47,288 nucleotides of DNA from contig JAHJEM010000070.1 of the NCBI GenBank assembly GCA_018825425.1, forward strand, positions 1 to 47,288, in the 5' to 3' direction. The stretch comes from Nanobdellota archaeon. GTDB lineage: Archaea > Nanobdellota > Nanobdellia > Woesearchaeales > JAHJEM01. The notes under the pieces are model-generated. The model was given only the letters and a program-made list of their open reading frames with translations, ran no database searches and had not been told where the DNA came from. A program made the position numbers and the translations under genes. Below, one piece after another: positions 37,352 to 47,288 of the stretch (positions are counted from its first letter, which is position 1; each line of letters opens with the position of its first letter).

Positions 37352-37918
37352 ATGGAGATAATCAATCAAGACGAGTTCAATCAGAAAAGGTTGGCATACA
37401 TCAAGAAGATGAAGGATTGGATATTCATATATCCAACAGACACAATCTATGGAATAGGATGTGATGCAACCAATGATGAACTTGTAAAGAAGATTAGGGA
37501 CTTGAAAAAAAGTACGCAACCATTCACTGTTATTGCCCCTTCCAAAAAATGGATACAGGACAATTGTGAGACAAGTGATCTGGTACAGGAATGGATGGAG
37601 AATCTCCCAGGTCCGTACACACTTATTATCAAACTTAAGAACTTGGATTGTGTTGCTCCAAGTATTCTGAATGGAAAGACTACTCTTGGCATACGTATTC
37701 CAGAAAACTGGTTTGCAAAGGTAGTTGAAGAGCTAGAAGTGCCTGTAGTCACTACATCTGCTAACCTATCTGGAGAAAACTTTATGACCAAAATTGAGGA
37801 TCTTGATCCGGATCTTAAAGCAGGAGCAGATATTATTATCTATGAGGGTGAAATAATGGGAAAACCATCTACTTTGGTCATTATTGACCATGAAGATGTA
37901 CATATTAAAGAAAGATGA
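37352..37918 (+). CDS. tsaC: Threonylcarbamoyl-AMP synthase, YrdC domain only
   Basis: YPTDTIYGIGC, PGPYT, GIRIP, TTSANLSG. Confidence 0.88.
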   Translation: MEIINQDEFNQKRLAYIKKMKDWIFIYPTDTIYGIGCDATNDELVKKIRDLKKSTQPFTVIAPSKKWIQDNCETSDLVQEWMENLPGPYTLIIKLKNLDCVAPSILNGKTTLGIRIPENWFAKVVEELEVPVVTTSANLSGENFMTKIEDLDPDLKAGADIIIYEGEIMGKPSTLVIIDHEDVHIKER

Positions 37919-38550
37919 CCCTTGAAAAAAAAGTTAAATCTGGAAAACTAAAAATTCTTTCAGCAGGAGATTTGCATGGAGATATTGCTCTAGCAAGAAA
38001 GCTTGCAGACAGAGCTGCAAAAGAAAAAGTAGATCTAGTCATTCTGTGCGGTGACATAACTAATTTTGACAAAAGTTCAGACAATATGATCGGACCATTT
38101 CTGGCCAAGAACAAAAAGGTAATTTTTATCCCCGGTAACCATGACAGCTTTGCCACAGCAGACTTTCTTGCTGAAGTGTATGGAATCAAGAACATTCATG
38201 GATACAGTGTCAAGTACAAGGATGTAGGTATCTTTGGATGTGGTGGCGCAAATATTGGTCCTGTTACAGAACTATCTGAAAAGGAAATCTATGATATGTT
38301 GAAACAAGGTTTTTCTAGAATCAAATACCTTGATAAAAGAATCATGGTGAGTCATGTACCTCCATCCGGCTCAAAAATGGAAAAGTTGTGTCCAGGAGCA
38401 GGCTCTAGCGGAGTCAAGGATGCAATGGAGAAGTTCAAGCCAGATTTATTGCTCTGTAGTCATATCCATGCAGCAGAGGGTATAGAAGAGAAGATTGGCA
38501 AGACAAAAGTCATTAATGTTGGTCAAGTAGGAAAGATAATTGAGATTTAG
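37915..38550 (+). CDS. Calcineurin-like metallophosphoesterase
   Basis: DLHG, GD, GNHD, HVPP, SHIH. Confidence 0.9.
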   Translation: MTLEKKVKSGKLKILSAGDLHGDIALARKLADRAAKEKVDLVILCGDITNFDKSSDNMIGPFLAKNKKVIFIPGNHDSFATADFLAEVYGIKNIHGYSVKYKDVGIFGCGGANIGPVTELSEKEIYDMLKQGFSRIKYLDKRIMVSHVPPSGSKMEKLCPGAGSSGVKDAMEKFKPDLLLCSHIHAAEGIEEKIGKTKVINVGQVGKIIEI

Positions 38551-38632
38551 TACTACAAAATACTATAAACTTCGTATGCAAATCATTGAATATTAAAAAC
38601 ATTTAAATAAACAATTAACCGTGGTGAATATT

Positions 38633-39724
38633 ATGAAAAAAACAATTTTGATGGCATTCGCATTGATGATTCTGGCAATACCTGTCCTAGCACTTCAGGG
38701 TACAACAACTAATATTGTTATTTACTCACCACTTAATAACACATCAATTGGTTTGCAAAGTCAAGATTTTACCTTTGAAATTGATGGTCCAGAAGATGCA
38801 AGTTCATGTTCTTTCATTGCAGATGGAGATATTCTTAAGACATATCCTACAATTCCGCATAGAATAGACAGGAAATTTACAGTGCAGCTGCCTCAAGGAC
38901 AACATGAATGGAAAATAAACTGTGTTTTTCCAGATGGAGAGATCGAATCTGAGACCAGGATACTAAATGTAGATCTGACAGGACTTCCAACAGGATGTGT
39001 AGAAAAACAATCTATGGGAAGCGGTAAGTTCAGGCACGTATTTGATAAGGAATGCGCCGAGCAGACACCTGTAACTATACAGGGCTTAAGACCAAATGAT
39101 TGGATTGAGATTACACTAGAGGAGACATCTCGTTTGCCAGGTGGCCGGTTTGAGACCAAGACAAATTACTTCATACTATATTTGATTAAGCTCTCAGTAA
39201 GAAATGGTCAGGATTTTTTCCAGTATAATACAAATAGGAATACTGCAAAAGTAGATGCCCTTGTTGGTGAAGCAGTTGAAGTGGATATTGATGGTGATGA
39301 CATCAATGATATTACTCTGACTGTGAATGAAATTTATCTGAAAAAAGCAAGCGTAACCATACGCATGCTCGATGTAGACTATGATGCTCCTGTTATCAGT
39401 GATGATCCTGACATGGTTGATGAAGAGGATGTTGAACCTGTCGAGCCAGTTATCCTTGATGATGAGGATGAACCAGAAGAAATGGATGATGTGGTTGATG
39501 ACCTCGTGACAGATGACGAAGAAGAGACAACTGGTTCTAATCCAGCCAAGTTATGGAGTACTATCATTATCATAATGGTGTTACTCGCAATTCTTGTGTA
39601 CTTGACCGTGTCTCAAAGAAAAGAAAAGAAGACAAAACAAGTGAAGAGAAAAGCACCACAAGGCAAGAAAGCTGATTTTATAATTGAAAGCAGTGCAAAA
39701 GCCAAGAGGAAGAGAAGGAGATAA
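38633..39724 (+). CDS. Secreted membrane-anchored surface protein with acidic stalk
   Basis: SD GGTGA; signal peptide; DIDGDDIND Ca-binding-like loop; D/E/P linker; TM; basic tail. Confidence 0.7.
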   Translation: MKKTILMAFALMILAIPVLALQGTTTNIVIYSPLNNTSIGLQSQDFTFEIDGPEDASSCSFIADGDILKTYPTIPHRIDRKFTVQLPQGQHEWKINCVFPDGEIESETRILNVDLTGLPTGCVEKQSMGSGKFRHVFDKECAEQTPVTIQGLRPNDWIEITLEETSRLPGGRFETKTNYFILYLIKLSVRNGQDFFQYNTNRNTAKVDALVGEAVEVDIDGDDINDITLTVNEIYLKKASVTIRMLDVDYDAPVISDDPDMVDEEDVEPVEPVILDDEDEPEEMDDVVDDLVTDDEEETTGSNPAKLWSTIIIIMVLLAILVYLTVSQRKEKKTKQVKRKAPQGKKADFIIESSAKAKRKRRR

Positions 39725-39726
39725 AT

Positions 39727-39921
39727 ATGCCAGTTGTCGAAATCAAAGTATGGGAAGGAAAGACAGACGATAAGGCAAAAGAACAGCTTATTATTGATGT
39801 CACTGACGCAGTCCAAAAGAATGTGGGCTGCCCAAAAGAAGCAATTGACATCTGTATAACTGAAGTACCTCGCAAGAATTGGGGCAAGGGAGGGGTTGTT
39901 TCTTCAAAACTTAATCTATAA
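39727..39921 (+). CDS. 4-oxalocrotonate tautomerase family protein
   Basis: N-terminal catalytic Pro; EGKT...K..LI..VT; NWGKGG. Confidence 0.9.
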   Translation: MPVVEIKVWEGKTDDKAKEQLIIDVTDAVQKNVGCPKEAIDICITEVPRKNWGKGGVVSSKLNL

Positions 39922-39937
39922 ATTCTGTTGTCAAAAG

Positions 39938-41374
39938 TTAACCCTTTATCACACCCAGAGGTTTTACTTTCGCAACAATATTGCCAATACCCATCCTATT
40001 ACTCACACTGACAACCTCATCTACATCCTTGTAGACTTGTGGTGCTTCTTCACTAATACCTTTCCAGCTTGCCGCCTTGACATAGATCTTTAATTTCTCA
40101 AGATCACGAGTTACATCATCTGCCCTGAACTTCTGTTTTGCAGCCATTCTTGACATAACTCTTCCAGCCCCATGAGCAGTGCTACCAAAGGTCTCATCCA
40201 TGGCTTTCTGGGTTCCGACCAGAAGATATGATGAGGTTCCCATGCTTCCAGGAAGTATGATTGGCTGACCAATATCCTTGTAATCTGCAGGAATGTCATC
40301 ACTTCCAGGACCAAAAGCGCGCGTAGCTCCTTTTCTATGGACATAAACTTTTCTTTTATTTCCATCAAACTCATATTCCTCGAGTTTGGCAATATTGTGA
40401 GCAACATCATACACTGTCTTTAGTTCAACATTGTCTCCAAATACTTGGCGAAAACTCTTTCTGACCTGGTGCGCGATGATATGTCTATTTGCCCAAGCAT
40501 AATTTGCAGCAGCACTCATTGCTTTGAAGTACTGTTTAGCAAGATCGCTATTTGCAGGAGCATAAATCAAGTCCTTTTCAGGTAGTGAATTACGGATGTC
40601 AGGAAATGCATCTTCCATCTTCCTGATATAATCAGAACACACTTGATGGCCAAGACCTCTTGATCCACAGTGGATCATGACTGTGACCTGATCCTTTCCT
40701 TCTAGCTTGAATGCTTTTCCGATCTTCTCATCGTATATTTCATCAACAACCTGTATCTCTAGAAAATGATTGCCAGCACCTAGGGTTCCAAGTTGTTTTC
40801 TTCCGCGGCTCTTTGCTCTTTGGGATACTTCTTTGGCATCTGCAAGTTTTATTGATCCTGAACCTTCGCAATGCTCGAGATCATCCTGATTTCCGAGATT
40901 ATTTTTTACTGCCCATGCCGCTCCAGTATTCAGAACATCATCAAGCTCTTCATCATTGAGGCGTAAGCGCGACTCTCCACCAACACCACAAGGTATATTT
41001 CGAAACATTGTATCAAGGAGCTCCTTAATCTTAGGTTCCACATCTTTCTTCTTTAAATTGGTTGTTAGAAGTCGGACTCCGCAGTTGATATCAAAACCCA
41101 CACCACCAGGACTAATAACTCCAGTTTCTGCATCAAAAGCAGCAACACCACCAATAGGAAAACCATATCCCACATGCATATCAGGCATGGCCATTGAAGC
41201 TGTATATATTCCTGGAAGACAAGCCACATTCTTACATTGTAAAATCGCGTCGTCTTCTACTCCTTCAAATAGTTTTTCACTTAAAAAGAACCTTGCAGGT
41301 ACATTCATGTTGTCTTCTTTTGCAAGCTCGTAAACGCAATCTCCAACTTTTTTCAGTCTATCTTTTATTCCCAT
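39938..41374 (-). CDS. rtcB: RNA-splicing ligase RtcB
   Basis: PDMHVGYGFPIG, GFDINCG, GNHFLE, HCGSRG, HRKGATR, HGAGR, EEAP..YK. Confidence 0.97.
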   Translation of the reverse strand: MGIKDRLKKVGDCVYELAKEDNMNVPARFFLSEKLFEGVEDDAILQCKNVACLPGIYTASMAMPDMHVGYGFPIGGVAAFDAETGVISPGGVGFDINCGVRLLTTNLKKKDVEPKIKELLDTMFRNIPCGVGGESRLRLNDEELDDVLNTGAAWAVKNNLGNQDDLEHCEGSGSIKLADAKEVSQRAKSRGRKQLGTLGAGNHFLEIQVVDEIYDEKIGKAFKLEGKDQVTVMIHCGSRGLGHQVCSDYIRKMEDAFPDIRNSLPEKDLIYAPANSDLAKQYFKAMSAAANYAWANRHIIAHQVRKSFRQVFGDNVELKTVYDVAHNIAKLEEYEFDGNKRKVYVHRKGATRAFGPGSDDIPADYKDIGQPIILPGSMGTSSYLLVGTQKAMDETFGSTAHGAGRVMSRMAAKQKFRADDVTRDLEKLKIYVKAASWKGISEEAPQVYKDVDEVVSVSNRMGIGNIVAKVKPLGVIKG

Positions 41375-41450
41375 TGTGGGATTTTGTATTTATAAATGAT
41401 TTATATAGTTTCTCTAAAGTTATTTAAACTCGACCTCATTATCTATATAA

Positions 41451-41918
41451 ATGGTTTTTGCTCTTCAGGGGGGAGAGCTTGATGATTTCACAAAGAAATC
41501 AGCCAAGGGTCTCAGATATAGAGAAGACATATTTTGCAGTGTTTACACATATAGTCTTGGCTCTGATGAGATACGGGTTGTAGTCAATTCCTTCATTGAG
41601 CACATGCTAACACAAGAAGAGGGCAAAAAGCCATATATGAACTTTCTTCAAAAGAATCATCTTCATGGTGAGGTAAGGAGTCAATTCACAATGCCTGGGT
41701 TCTTCGATAGGTTAGAGGAAATCAGTAAGCATGACGTTTACAAGAGATTGGTTTTTCATATTCCTGCATCGGATCTCCTTGACTTGCTGGAAGTTGAACA
41801 AGGAACCCGCATTCTGTTCGCCCAACTGACAGAAGGCGTATCAGAAGAAAGCGGAAGCAGTCTGTATTTTATTCTTAACAAAGGAAAGATTGCATTGTTG
41901 CATACGATATTTACCTAA
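41451..41918 (+). CDS. Hypothetical protein
   Basis: 155-aa ORF after TATA TTTAAA, divergent from rtcB. Confidence 0.55.
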   Translation: MVFALQGGELDDFTKKSAKGLRYREDIFCSVYTYSLGSDEIRVVVNSFIEHMLTQEEGKKPYMNFLQKNHLHGEVRSQFTMPGFFDRLEEISKHDVYKRLVFHIPASDLLDLLEVEQGTRILFAQLTEGVSEESGSSLYFILNKGKIALLHTIFT

Positions 41919-43635
41919 AATAAGCATTCACAACATATTGTTCAACCATTCTATGTGTGTTAAAGAATGATCCATTCAGTGCAATGCAATGCCTCATAAT
42001 GTTGACCCATGCTGATTTGTCGTGATAGAACAAAGGTAATATTTTTTTCTCCAGTTTTAAATACATTTCAGCAGCATCTTGATCATCATTTCTTGGAGAG
42101 TCTGTACTTGCAGTCTTTCCAATACTCCATCCTGTCTCATTCTCTATATGGCCTTCAAGCCACCACCCATCCATGGAACTAAGGTGAGGAACACCATTAT
42201 GTGCTGCCTTCATGCCGCTGGTACCAGAGGCTTCCCATGGAGGAATTGGAGTATTTAACCACAGATCTACTCCAGAGACCAAGAGTTTGGCGCTGTCCAT
42301 GTCATAGTTCTCAAGCCACACAATTTTGATCTTATCTTTTAAGGATGCGGCAATATCATTGATGTGCTTGATTATGCCTTTTCCATGCTGGTCAGCAGGG
42401 TGTGCTTTTCCTGCAAAAACAATTTGAATCTTACCGACTTGTTCAGAAAGATGAACTAACCTGTTCACATCCTTAAACAGTAAGTCTGCTCTTTTGTAAG
42501 CTGCGGCCCTTCTTGCAAAACCAAGGGTGAATATATCTCTGTCAAAGCCTGCATTTAGTCTTGAGTTCAGAAGATCAATGAGTGCGCCCTTTGCTTTTTC
42601 ATGAGCTTCCATTATCTCATCCCTTGGAATGCCGATGGCATATCTAAGAGAGAATGATTCACGACGCCAGCCAGGAATATATTTGTCAAAAAGCTCTTGG
42701 AATGAATTACACGTCCAGGTCACTGAATGCACGCCATTTGTTATGCTGTCAATAGGATATTCAGGGAACATACCTCTTGATATCTCGCCATGTTTTTCAG
42801 CGACTCCATTAATGTATTCGCTGAAATACAATGCCAACTGAATCATGCTGAGTTTTCCATCCTGGACGATGCTTGCTTCATGTTCATCTGGAAAATCTGG
42901 CAAGGTATTTTTTACCACATCAAGAGGAAAATTATCCCTTCCTGCAGGTACTGGCGTGTGGGTTGTAAACACCATCCTTTTTCTAATTTCAGTCACAAGT
43001 TCATCTGCAGGGACCTTACCTTTCAGACGATTATAAAGCTCAAATGCGATGAAGGCAGCATGTCCCTCATTCATATGATATTTTTTCAGATTTGTATATC
43101 CAAGCGCTTCCAGAATACGTACTCCTCCAATGCCAAGAATTATTTCCTGGAGCATACGATAATACTCATCTCCCCCATAAAGATGGTCAGTCAGTTTTCT
43201 GTCATAATCGCTGTTCTCTGGGAGGTTTGTGTCCAGGAAGTAAACAGGAACTTCATAGTTAGCACAGCCTTTGCATATATATTCCCAGGCTGTAACCTTG
43301 ATGGTGCGGTCCTTGAGAGGTATATCAATGACTACATCAGTCTTCTTGAGGAAATCATCTTTAGACCAGTCAACAGGAATCTCTTTTTGTTCACCATTTT
43401 CGATTTTCTGATAGAAGTATCCTTTTGAGTGTACTAATGTTACTGCAATGACTGGAACGTGCAGATCTGCAAATGCCTTAATCGTGTCGCCTGCAAGAAC
43501 TCCAAGACCTCCACTGTAAGTAGGAATCCTATGGTCCAGTCCTATTTCCATACTGAAATATGCTACAATCCTCTCATTCTTTTCTACTTTGATCCTTCCA
43601 TGATGCTTCATAATACATGTATCAATCTGCGTCAT
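41911..43635 (-). CDS. glgP: Alpha-glucan (glycogen/maltodextrin) phosphorylase
   Basis: YSGGLGVLAGD, HMNEGH, FTTHTP, ITNGVH, EASGTSGMKA (PLP Lys). Confidence 0.95.
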   Translation of the reverse strand: MTQIDTCIMKHHGRIKVEKNERIVAYFSMEIGLDHRIPTYSGGLGVLAGDTIKAFADLHVPVIAVTLVHSKGYFYQKIENGEQKEIPVDWSKDDFLKKTDVVIDIPLKDRTIKVTAWEYICKGCANYEVPVYFLDTNLPENSDYDRKLTDHLYGGDEYYRMLQEIILGIGGVRILEALGYTNLKKYHMNEGHAAFIAFELYNRLKGKVPADELVTEIRKRMVFTTHTPVPAGRDNFPLDVVKNTLPDFPDEHEASIVQDGKLSMIQLALYFSEYINGVAEKHGEISRGMFPEYPIDSITNGVHSVTWTCNSFQELFDKYIPGWRRESFSLRYAIGIPRDEIMEAHEKAKGALIDLLNSRLNAGFDRDIFTLGFARRAAAYKRADLLFKDVNRLVHLSEQVGKIQIVFAGKAHPADQHGKGIIKHINDIAASLKDKIKIVWLENYDMDSAKLLVSGVDLWLNTPIPPWEASGTSGMKAAHNGVPHLSSMDGWWLEGHIENETGWSIGKTASTDSPRNDDQDAAEMYLKLEKKILPLFYHDKSAWVNIMRHCIALNGSFFNTHRMVEQYVVNAYFR

Positions 43636-43651
43636 TAATAAATGTTTTGGA

Positions 43652-44506
43652 CTAAAGAACGAGTGATTTCAATCTGTCAATCCTCTGCTTCATCGGAGGA
43701 TGGGTAGAGAAGAGTGCAACCAATCCAGTTCCTCTGAATGGATTTGCAATGAACAAGTGTGCAGTGGTTTCTGTATTACTATTGGCTCTAAGAGGCGCTT
43801 GTCTGATTCCATGTTCGATTTTACCCAGTGCAGAAGCAAGTCCTGTTGTGTCATGAAGCGTTCTTGCAGCGCTTTCATCAGCCTGATACTCGCGGCTTCT
43901 GCTTATTGCCATCTGAATGATTGCTGCTAGAAGAGGTGTCAAGATTGCAAGTACAATTAGTTCTGCAAAATTACCATCATCATTATCTCGTCCTCCAAAA
44001 CCTCCGAAAATTGCTGCGAATCTTGCCATCATTGCAACATATGAGATCACTCCTGCAATGGTTGCTGCAACTGCTTGAATCAAGGTATCTCTGTTCTTGA
44101 TATGGCTGATTTCATGAGCAATTACACCCTTAAGCTCGCTATCGTTCAGCATATTTATGAGGGCTTCAGTTGCTGCCACTGCTGCATGTTTTGGATCTCT
44201 CCCTGTAGCAAAAGCATTAGGATGAGCACCAGGCACAATGTATGCTTTGGGAACAGGAATCTGTGCCATATGAGCAACTTCACTAACTAGTTTGTGAAGC
44301 CTGCTGTTTCTGGGAGCAGGTTGTGCCCTGTACATCTTTAGGACAATCTTATCAGAATACCAGAATGATACAAAATTCAAGATGAGTGCAAAGATAAGTG
44401 CAATTGCTAGGCCTGTGGGTCCTCCTACAAGGTCTCCTACCCAAAGGAGAAGTGCAGTCAAGGCTCCCAAAAGGATTACAGTCCTGAAATTGTTGGTAAA
44501 TGACAT
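43652..44506 (-). CDS. htpX: Zinc metalloprotease HtpX
   Basis: PNAFATG, HEISH, SRSREYQAD, FSTHPP; likely start MSFTNN at 44506. Confidence 0.95.
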   Translation of the reverse strand: MSFTNNFRTVILLGALTALLLWVGDLVGGPTGLAIALIFALILNFVSFWYSDKIVLKMYRAQPAPRNSRLHKLVSEVAHMAQIPVPKAYIVPGAHPNAFATGRDPKHAAVAATEALINMLNDSELKGVIAHEISHIKNRDTLIQAVAATIAGVISYVAMMARFAAIFGGFGGRDNDDGNFAELIVLAILTPLLAAIIQMAISRSREYQADESAARTLHDTTGLASALGKIEHGIRQAPLRANSNTETTAHLFIANPFRGTGLVALFSTHPPMKQRIDRLKSLVL

Positions 44507-44582
44507 TTTTTGATGAGCAAAGGGCAGGGGGTTTTTATGGTTTTTGGAAAAATATTTATACAGTGCCCAGAATTCAGAAGAC

Positions 44583-45005
44583 ATGCAACCATTCAAATAT
44601 CTAGAGCACACTGCTGACTGCAAATTCCAGGCATATGGAGATAGTATGGAGCAGGCTTTTGAGAACGCGGCTCTGGCCATGATGAACCATCTGACTCCCG
44701 TGGACAAGATCAAGAGTATGGTGTATAAGACAATCAATGTCAAAGCCAATCAGACAGACAAGCTGCTTTATGCTTTTTTAGAGGAATTCATTTTCTTTAT
44801 TGATACAGAGGGGTTTATTGTAGGGGAAATAAAGTCTCTAACCATTGACAAGACCAATGAAGAATATGTTCTCAAAGCAGAGGTTGGTGGAGACACTTAC
44901 AAGAATTATGAAGTTGTGGGTGATATCAAGGCTATAACCTACAATGACATGTTCATTGAGGAGAAAGAGGGTGTGTGGACTGTGCAGGTTGTTATTGATA
45001 TATAG
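44583..45005 (+). CDS. Archease
   Basis: LEHTAD, AFENA, IKAITY, C-terminal VIDI; ATG at 44583. Confidence 0.93.
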   Translation: MQPFKYLEHTADCKFQAYGDSMEQAFENAALAMMNHLTPVDKIKSMVYKTINVKANQTDKLLYAFLEEFIFFIDTEGFIVGEIKSLTIDKTNEEYVLKAEVGGDTYKNYEVVGDIKAITYNDMFIEEKEGVWTVQVVIDI

Positions 45006-45022
45006 ATCTGATTCTTGTTTGC

Positions 45023-45439
45023 CTATTTATAAGAAATAACCCTTAAATCTTCAGCCTTGGTCTCGCTCTTTTCTCTTAGCTCTTGGACTTCCTCGAGTTC
45101 ATGATCATCCTTGTCAAAATTCATTGTGACAGGATCATTCAGTAGTTGTTCAGCACTCATCTCTGTCTTGGTAACGCTATCTGTTGAAGGGATGCTGTCA
45201 AACATGCTCATGGGTGCTGCAGTCGGAGTACATGGTGAAGGTGCATTTGTGGTTGGAGTTGATCCAAACATATTCATAGGAGATGCAGGAGCACTAGTCA
45301 TTCCTGTGTCATTCCCAAAAATGTCAGCATGCTTATGTTTTATTGGTGTACTTGTTTCGTCAACCAATCTCTGCAAGAACAATATCATCTTCTTCAAGTC
45401 TTCTTTAGAATCTTTTTCAGTGTCTATCTTGATTTCCAT
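45023..45439 (-). CDS. Hypothetical protein with low-complexity MxMF-repeat linker
   Basis: 138 aa; PMNMFG / PMSMFD repeats. Confidence 0.65.
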   Translation of the reverse strand: MEIKIDTEKDSKEDLKKMILFLQRLVDETSTPIKHKHADIFGNDTGMTSAPASPMNMFGSTPTTNAPSPCTPTAAPMSMFDSIPSTDSVTKTEMSAEQLLNDPVTMNFDKDDHELEEVQELREKSETKAEDLRVISYK

Positions 45440-45453
45440 TTTGCAATTACATT

Positions 45454-46593
45454 CTATACATAGTGAACTTCAACCTGGAAATTGTCATAGGTCGGGTACT
45501 CTTTTACTATGCAATAGCTTGTATATAAATTTTTGGGCAAACCTTGAACAGCACCCACTGTAGTCAGTATCCTGAATCGTCTTTTGTCCAATTCCATGTA
45601 CTTGGATGGAATCTTGTGATTCTGCTTCATGTCTTTCATAACAGACATCAGTCTGGCAATTATTTTTTTCCTGGAGATATCACTCAACGTTTGTGTATTT
45701 TCAGGATAGCCGATTCCTGGTTGAAGATGCTTAGGATAGATTGCCCCTCTGACCAGAAGTCCTTCTTTATCCACATGATCATATGGCTTTTTGGCATTTT
45801 TGGCCCTTTTCTTGATTCTTTTGGCCATCTGGACCCTATCTTTTAGGGTCGCAGAACAATAATGTGCACGCAAACCAACCTTTGCACAGTATCGTACCAT
45901 ATCTTTTCCTAGCTTTTCAGAATTAAGAACTCCGTATGAGAGAGAATCCTTAGGTTTATGTCCTAATTCAAGCAATTTGCTTATGGAATTGTCTGCAATC
46001 TCAAGCTCATTTAGATTCATGAACTTGATATTGATATCTTTTGCATAGTCAATAAGAGATATTATGTGTTTTTTCATGCCTGGAATGACAGGAATTTCGA
46101 TTCCCACATCCCAATTGAAGCTTGTTGCATGTTCCATCATGCTCCATTCATCTGGTTTCTCAAGTTTTGGATGGAATCTTATCTCATCCAAGCCTGCCGC
46201 ATGTAATTTCTTCAAGCTGTCTGGTGTTACAAGTGTCAAAGGCGTGTAAAGATGGATGTGGAACCTCTTTCCAAACCTTTTCTTGAGTTTTTTTATCCAA
46301 TCCACTGTTCGAGAAAGACAGACTAGTGGATCTCCACCAGTTATACCAACACCTTTTGAAGAACAAAGCTTGATCTCCTCAAAAAGATCCTTGATATTTG
46401 GACCAATAGGCCATTCATTGGCAAGAATGACATCCTTTCCATACTTCTTGTCAGAAATCGGGCAGTAATAACAGCCAGCACCACATAATCCTGTAATAAA
46501 AAGAACGGTTTTCTCACCTTTTACGCATTGTTGACATCCTTTGGGCAAGTTGCCTGCGCGGTAGGAGTAGTATGGGGTTTTTGTTGGTTTCAT
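45454..46593 (-). CDS. Archaeal radical SAM protein (COG2108-like)
   Basis: LPKGC..C..G.K.VLFITGLC...CYYCP, TGGDPL, LDEIRFHP, NLNELE. Confidence 0.88.
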   Translation of the reverse strand: MKPTKTPYYSYRAGNLPKGCQQCVKGEKTVLFITGLCGAGCYYCPISDKKYGKDVILANEWPIGPNIKDLFEEIKLCSSKGVGITGGDPLVCLSRTVDWIKKLKKRFGKRFHIHLYTPLTLVTPDSLKKLHAAGLDEIRFHPKLEKPDEWSMMEHATSFNWDVGIEIPVIPGMKKHIISLIDYAKDINIKFMNLNELEIADNSISKLLELGHKPKDSLSYGVLNSEKLGKDMVRYCAKVGLRAHYCSATLKDRVQMAKRIKKRAKNAKKPYDHVDKEGLLVRGAIYPKHLQPGIGYPENTQTLSDISRKKIIARLMSVMKDMKQNHKIPSKYMELDKRRFRILTTVGAVQGLPKNLYTSYCIVKEYPTYDNFQVEVHYV

Positions 46594-46602
46594 TTGGGCT
46601 GT

Positions 46603-46857
46603 TTATTTTTTTAATAATGATTCTATGTCCAATTCTAAGCTTTCAACGCGCTCCTTGAAAATATTTATGGAATCTTCCACGCCTTTATTATAGATTTTCA
46701 TTCCGACATTCTCCAGAAAGTGATTTAGAATGTCTTCTGCGGCGATTATTCCAATTTCAGTATTTCTTTCTGTCTTAAAAAAATCAATTAGTTCTTTAAT
46801 ACTTTCTTTTTTATTCTTGTTTGAAATAAAATCCTGCCTGTGGGTAACGTCCTTCAT
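46603..46857 (-). CDS. DUF2164-like small protein
   Basis: FF..ER..EIG..AAE.IL..F...G..IYNKGV.D pattern. Confidence 0.75.
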   Translation of the reverse strand: MKDVTHRQDFISNKNKKESIKELIDFFKTERNTEIGIIAAEDILNHFLENVGMKIYNKGVEDSINIFKERVESLELDIESLLKK

Positions 46858-46880
46858 TTTATATTATTTCTTTCCCGGTG

Positions 46881-47288
46881 CTATAAAAACACATCCTGAT
46901 AATTCTTAAACACATTATTTGCAACTTCTTCTGCATCCATTCCTTTTAATGCCGCTATTTTCTTGATTCCTTCGACCACAAATGGAGGTTCATTTCTTCT
47001 TATGTCCTTGTACGGACTCATATATGGGGCGTCTGTCTCAGTGAATATCCTTGACATGTCCTGTTGCTTTACAAGCTCCTGAAGTTGTTGAAGCTTGCTT
47101 ACAATGCAGGGGATACTCGTGTACCATCCATTGTCAACAATCCTTTTTACAAGATGTTTTCTTCCCATGAAACAATGCATGACCACTTTCTTGGTGTTTG
47201 AACTCTCAAGCATCTCTATAACATCTAATTCTGCCTTTCGAGAATGAACAATCAAAGGAATCTTCTTCTTTTCTGCAAGCTCAATGAT
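46881..47288 (-). CDS. tatD: TatD family nuclease, 5'-truncated by window edge
   Basis: VHSRKAE, HCF.G, ETDAPY, RNEP. Confidence 0.92.
   Translation of the reverse strand: MIELAEKKKIPLIVHSRKAELDVIEMLESSNTKKVVMHCFMGRKHLVKRIVDNGWYTSIPCIVSKLQQLQELVKQQDMSRIFTETDAPYMSPYKDIRRNEPPFVVEGIKKIAALKGMDAEEVANNVFKNYQDVFL

Noticed and set aside
44507..44749. N-terminal extension of HtpX in the ORF track
   Set aside because: It overlaps the divergent archease gene; HtpX similarity begins at MSFTNN (44506).
39938..45005. rtcB and archease proximity as a novel system
   Set aside because: A well-known functional pair for tRNA ligation.

Overview
Gene-dense, AT-rich archaeal chromosome segment. TATA-box promoters, GGTGA Shine-Dalgarno sites, an intron-containing tRNA, Taw1, DRG GTPase, RtcB, archease and TrmB/Lrp regulators are consistent with a DPANN archaeon, probably Woesearchaeota-like (inference, not tested). 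It carries a cluster of membrane-anchored Ig-like surface proteins, tRNA-Trp(CCA) with a 73-nt intron containing a C/D-type guide, uvrA-uvrC-uvrB, an amidohydrolase-coaC-coaB operon, ahcY, nth, corA, rtcB, glucan phosphorylase, htpX and archease. I found no integrase, transposase or CRISPR array. Strongest leads: (1) two Lrp genes diverging from a 534-aa wHTH protein with a C-terminal PIP-box-like motif, coupled to a thymidylate-synthase-fold protein whose catalytic Cys is Ser; (2) a ~400-nt non-coding element upstream of ahcY with nine hairpins, a closing stem and three crossing long-range helices; (3) an unannotated two-microprotein operon behind a switch-like leader; (4) a duplicated tRNA 3' end around a hairpin insert.
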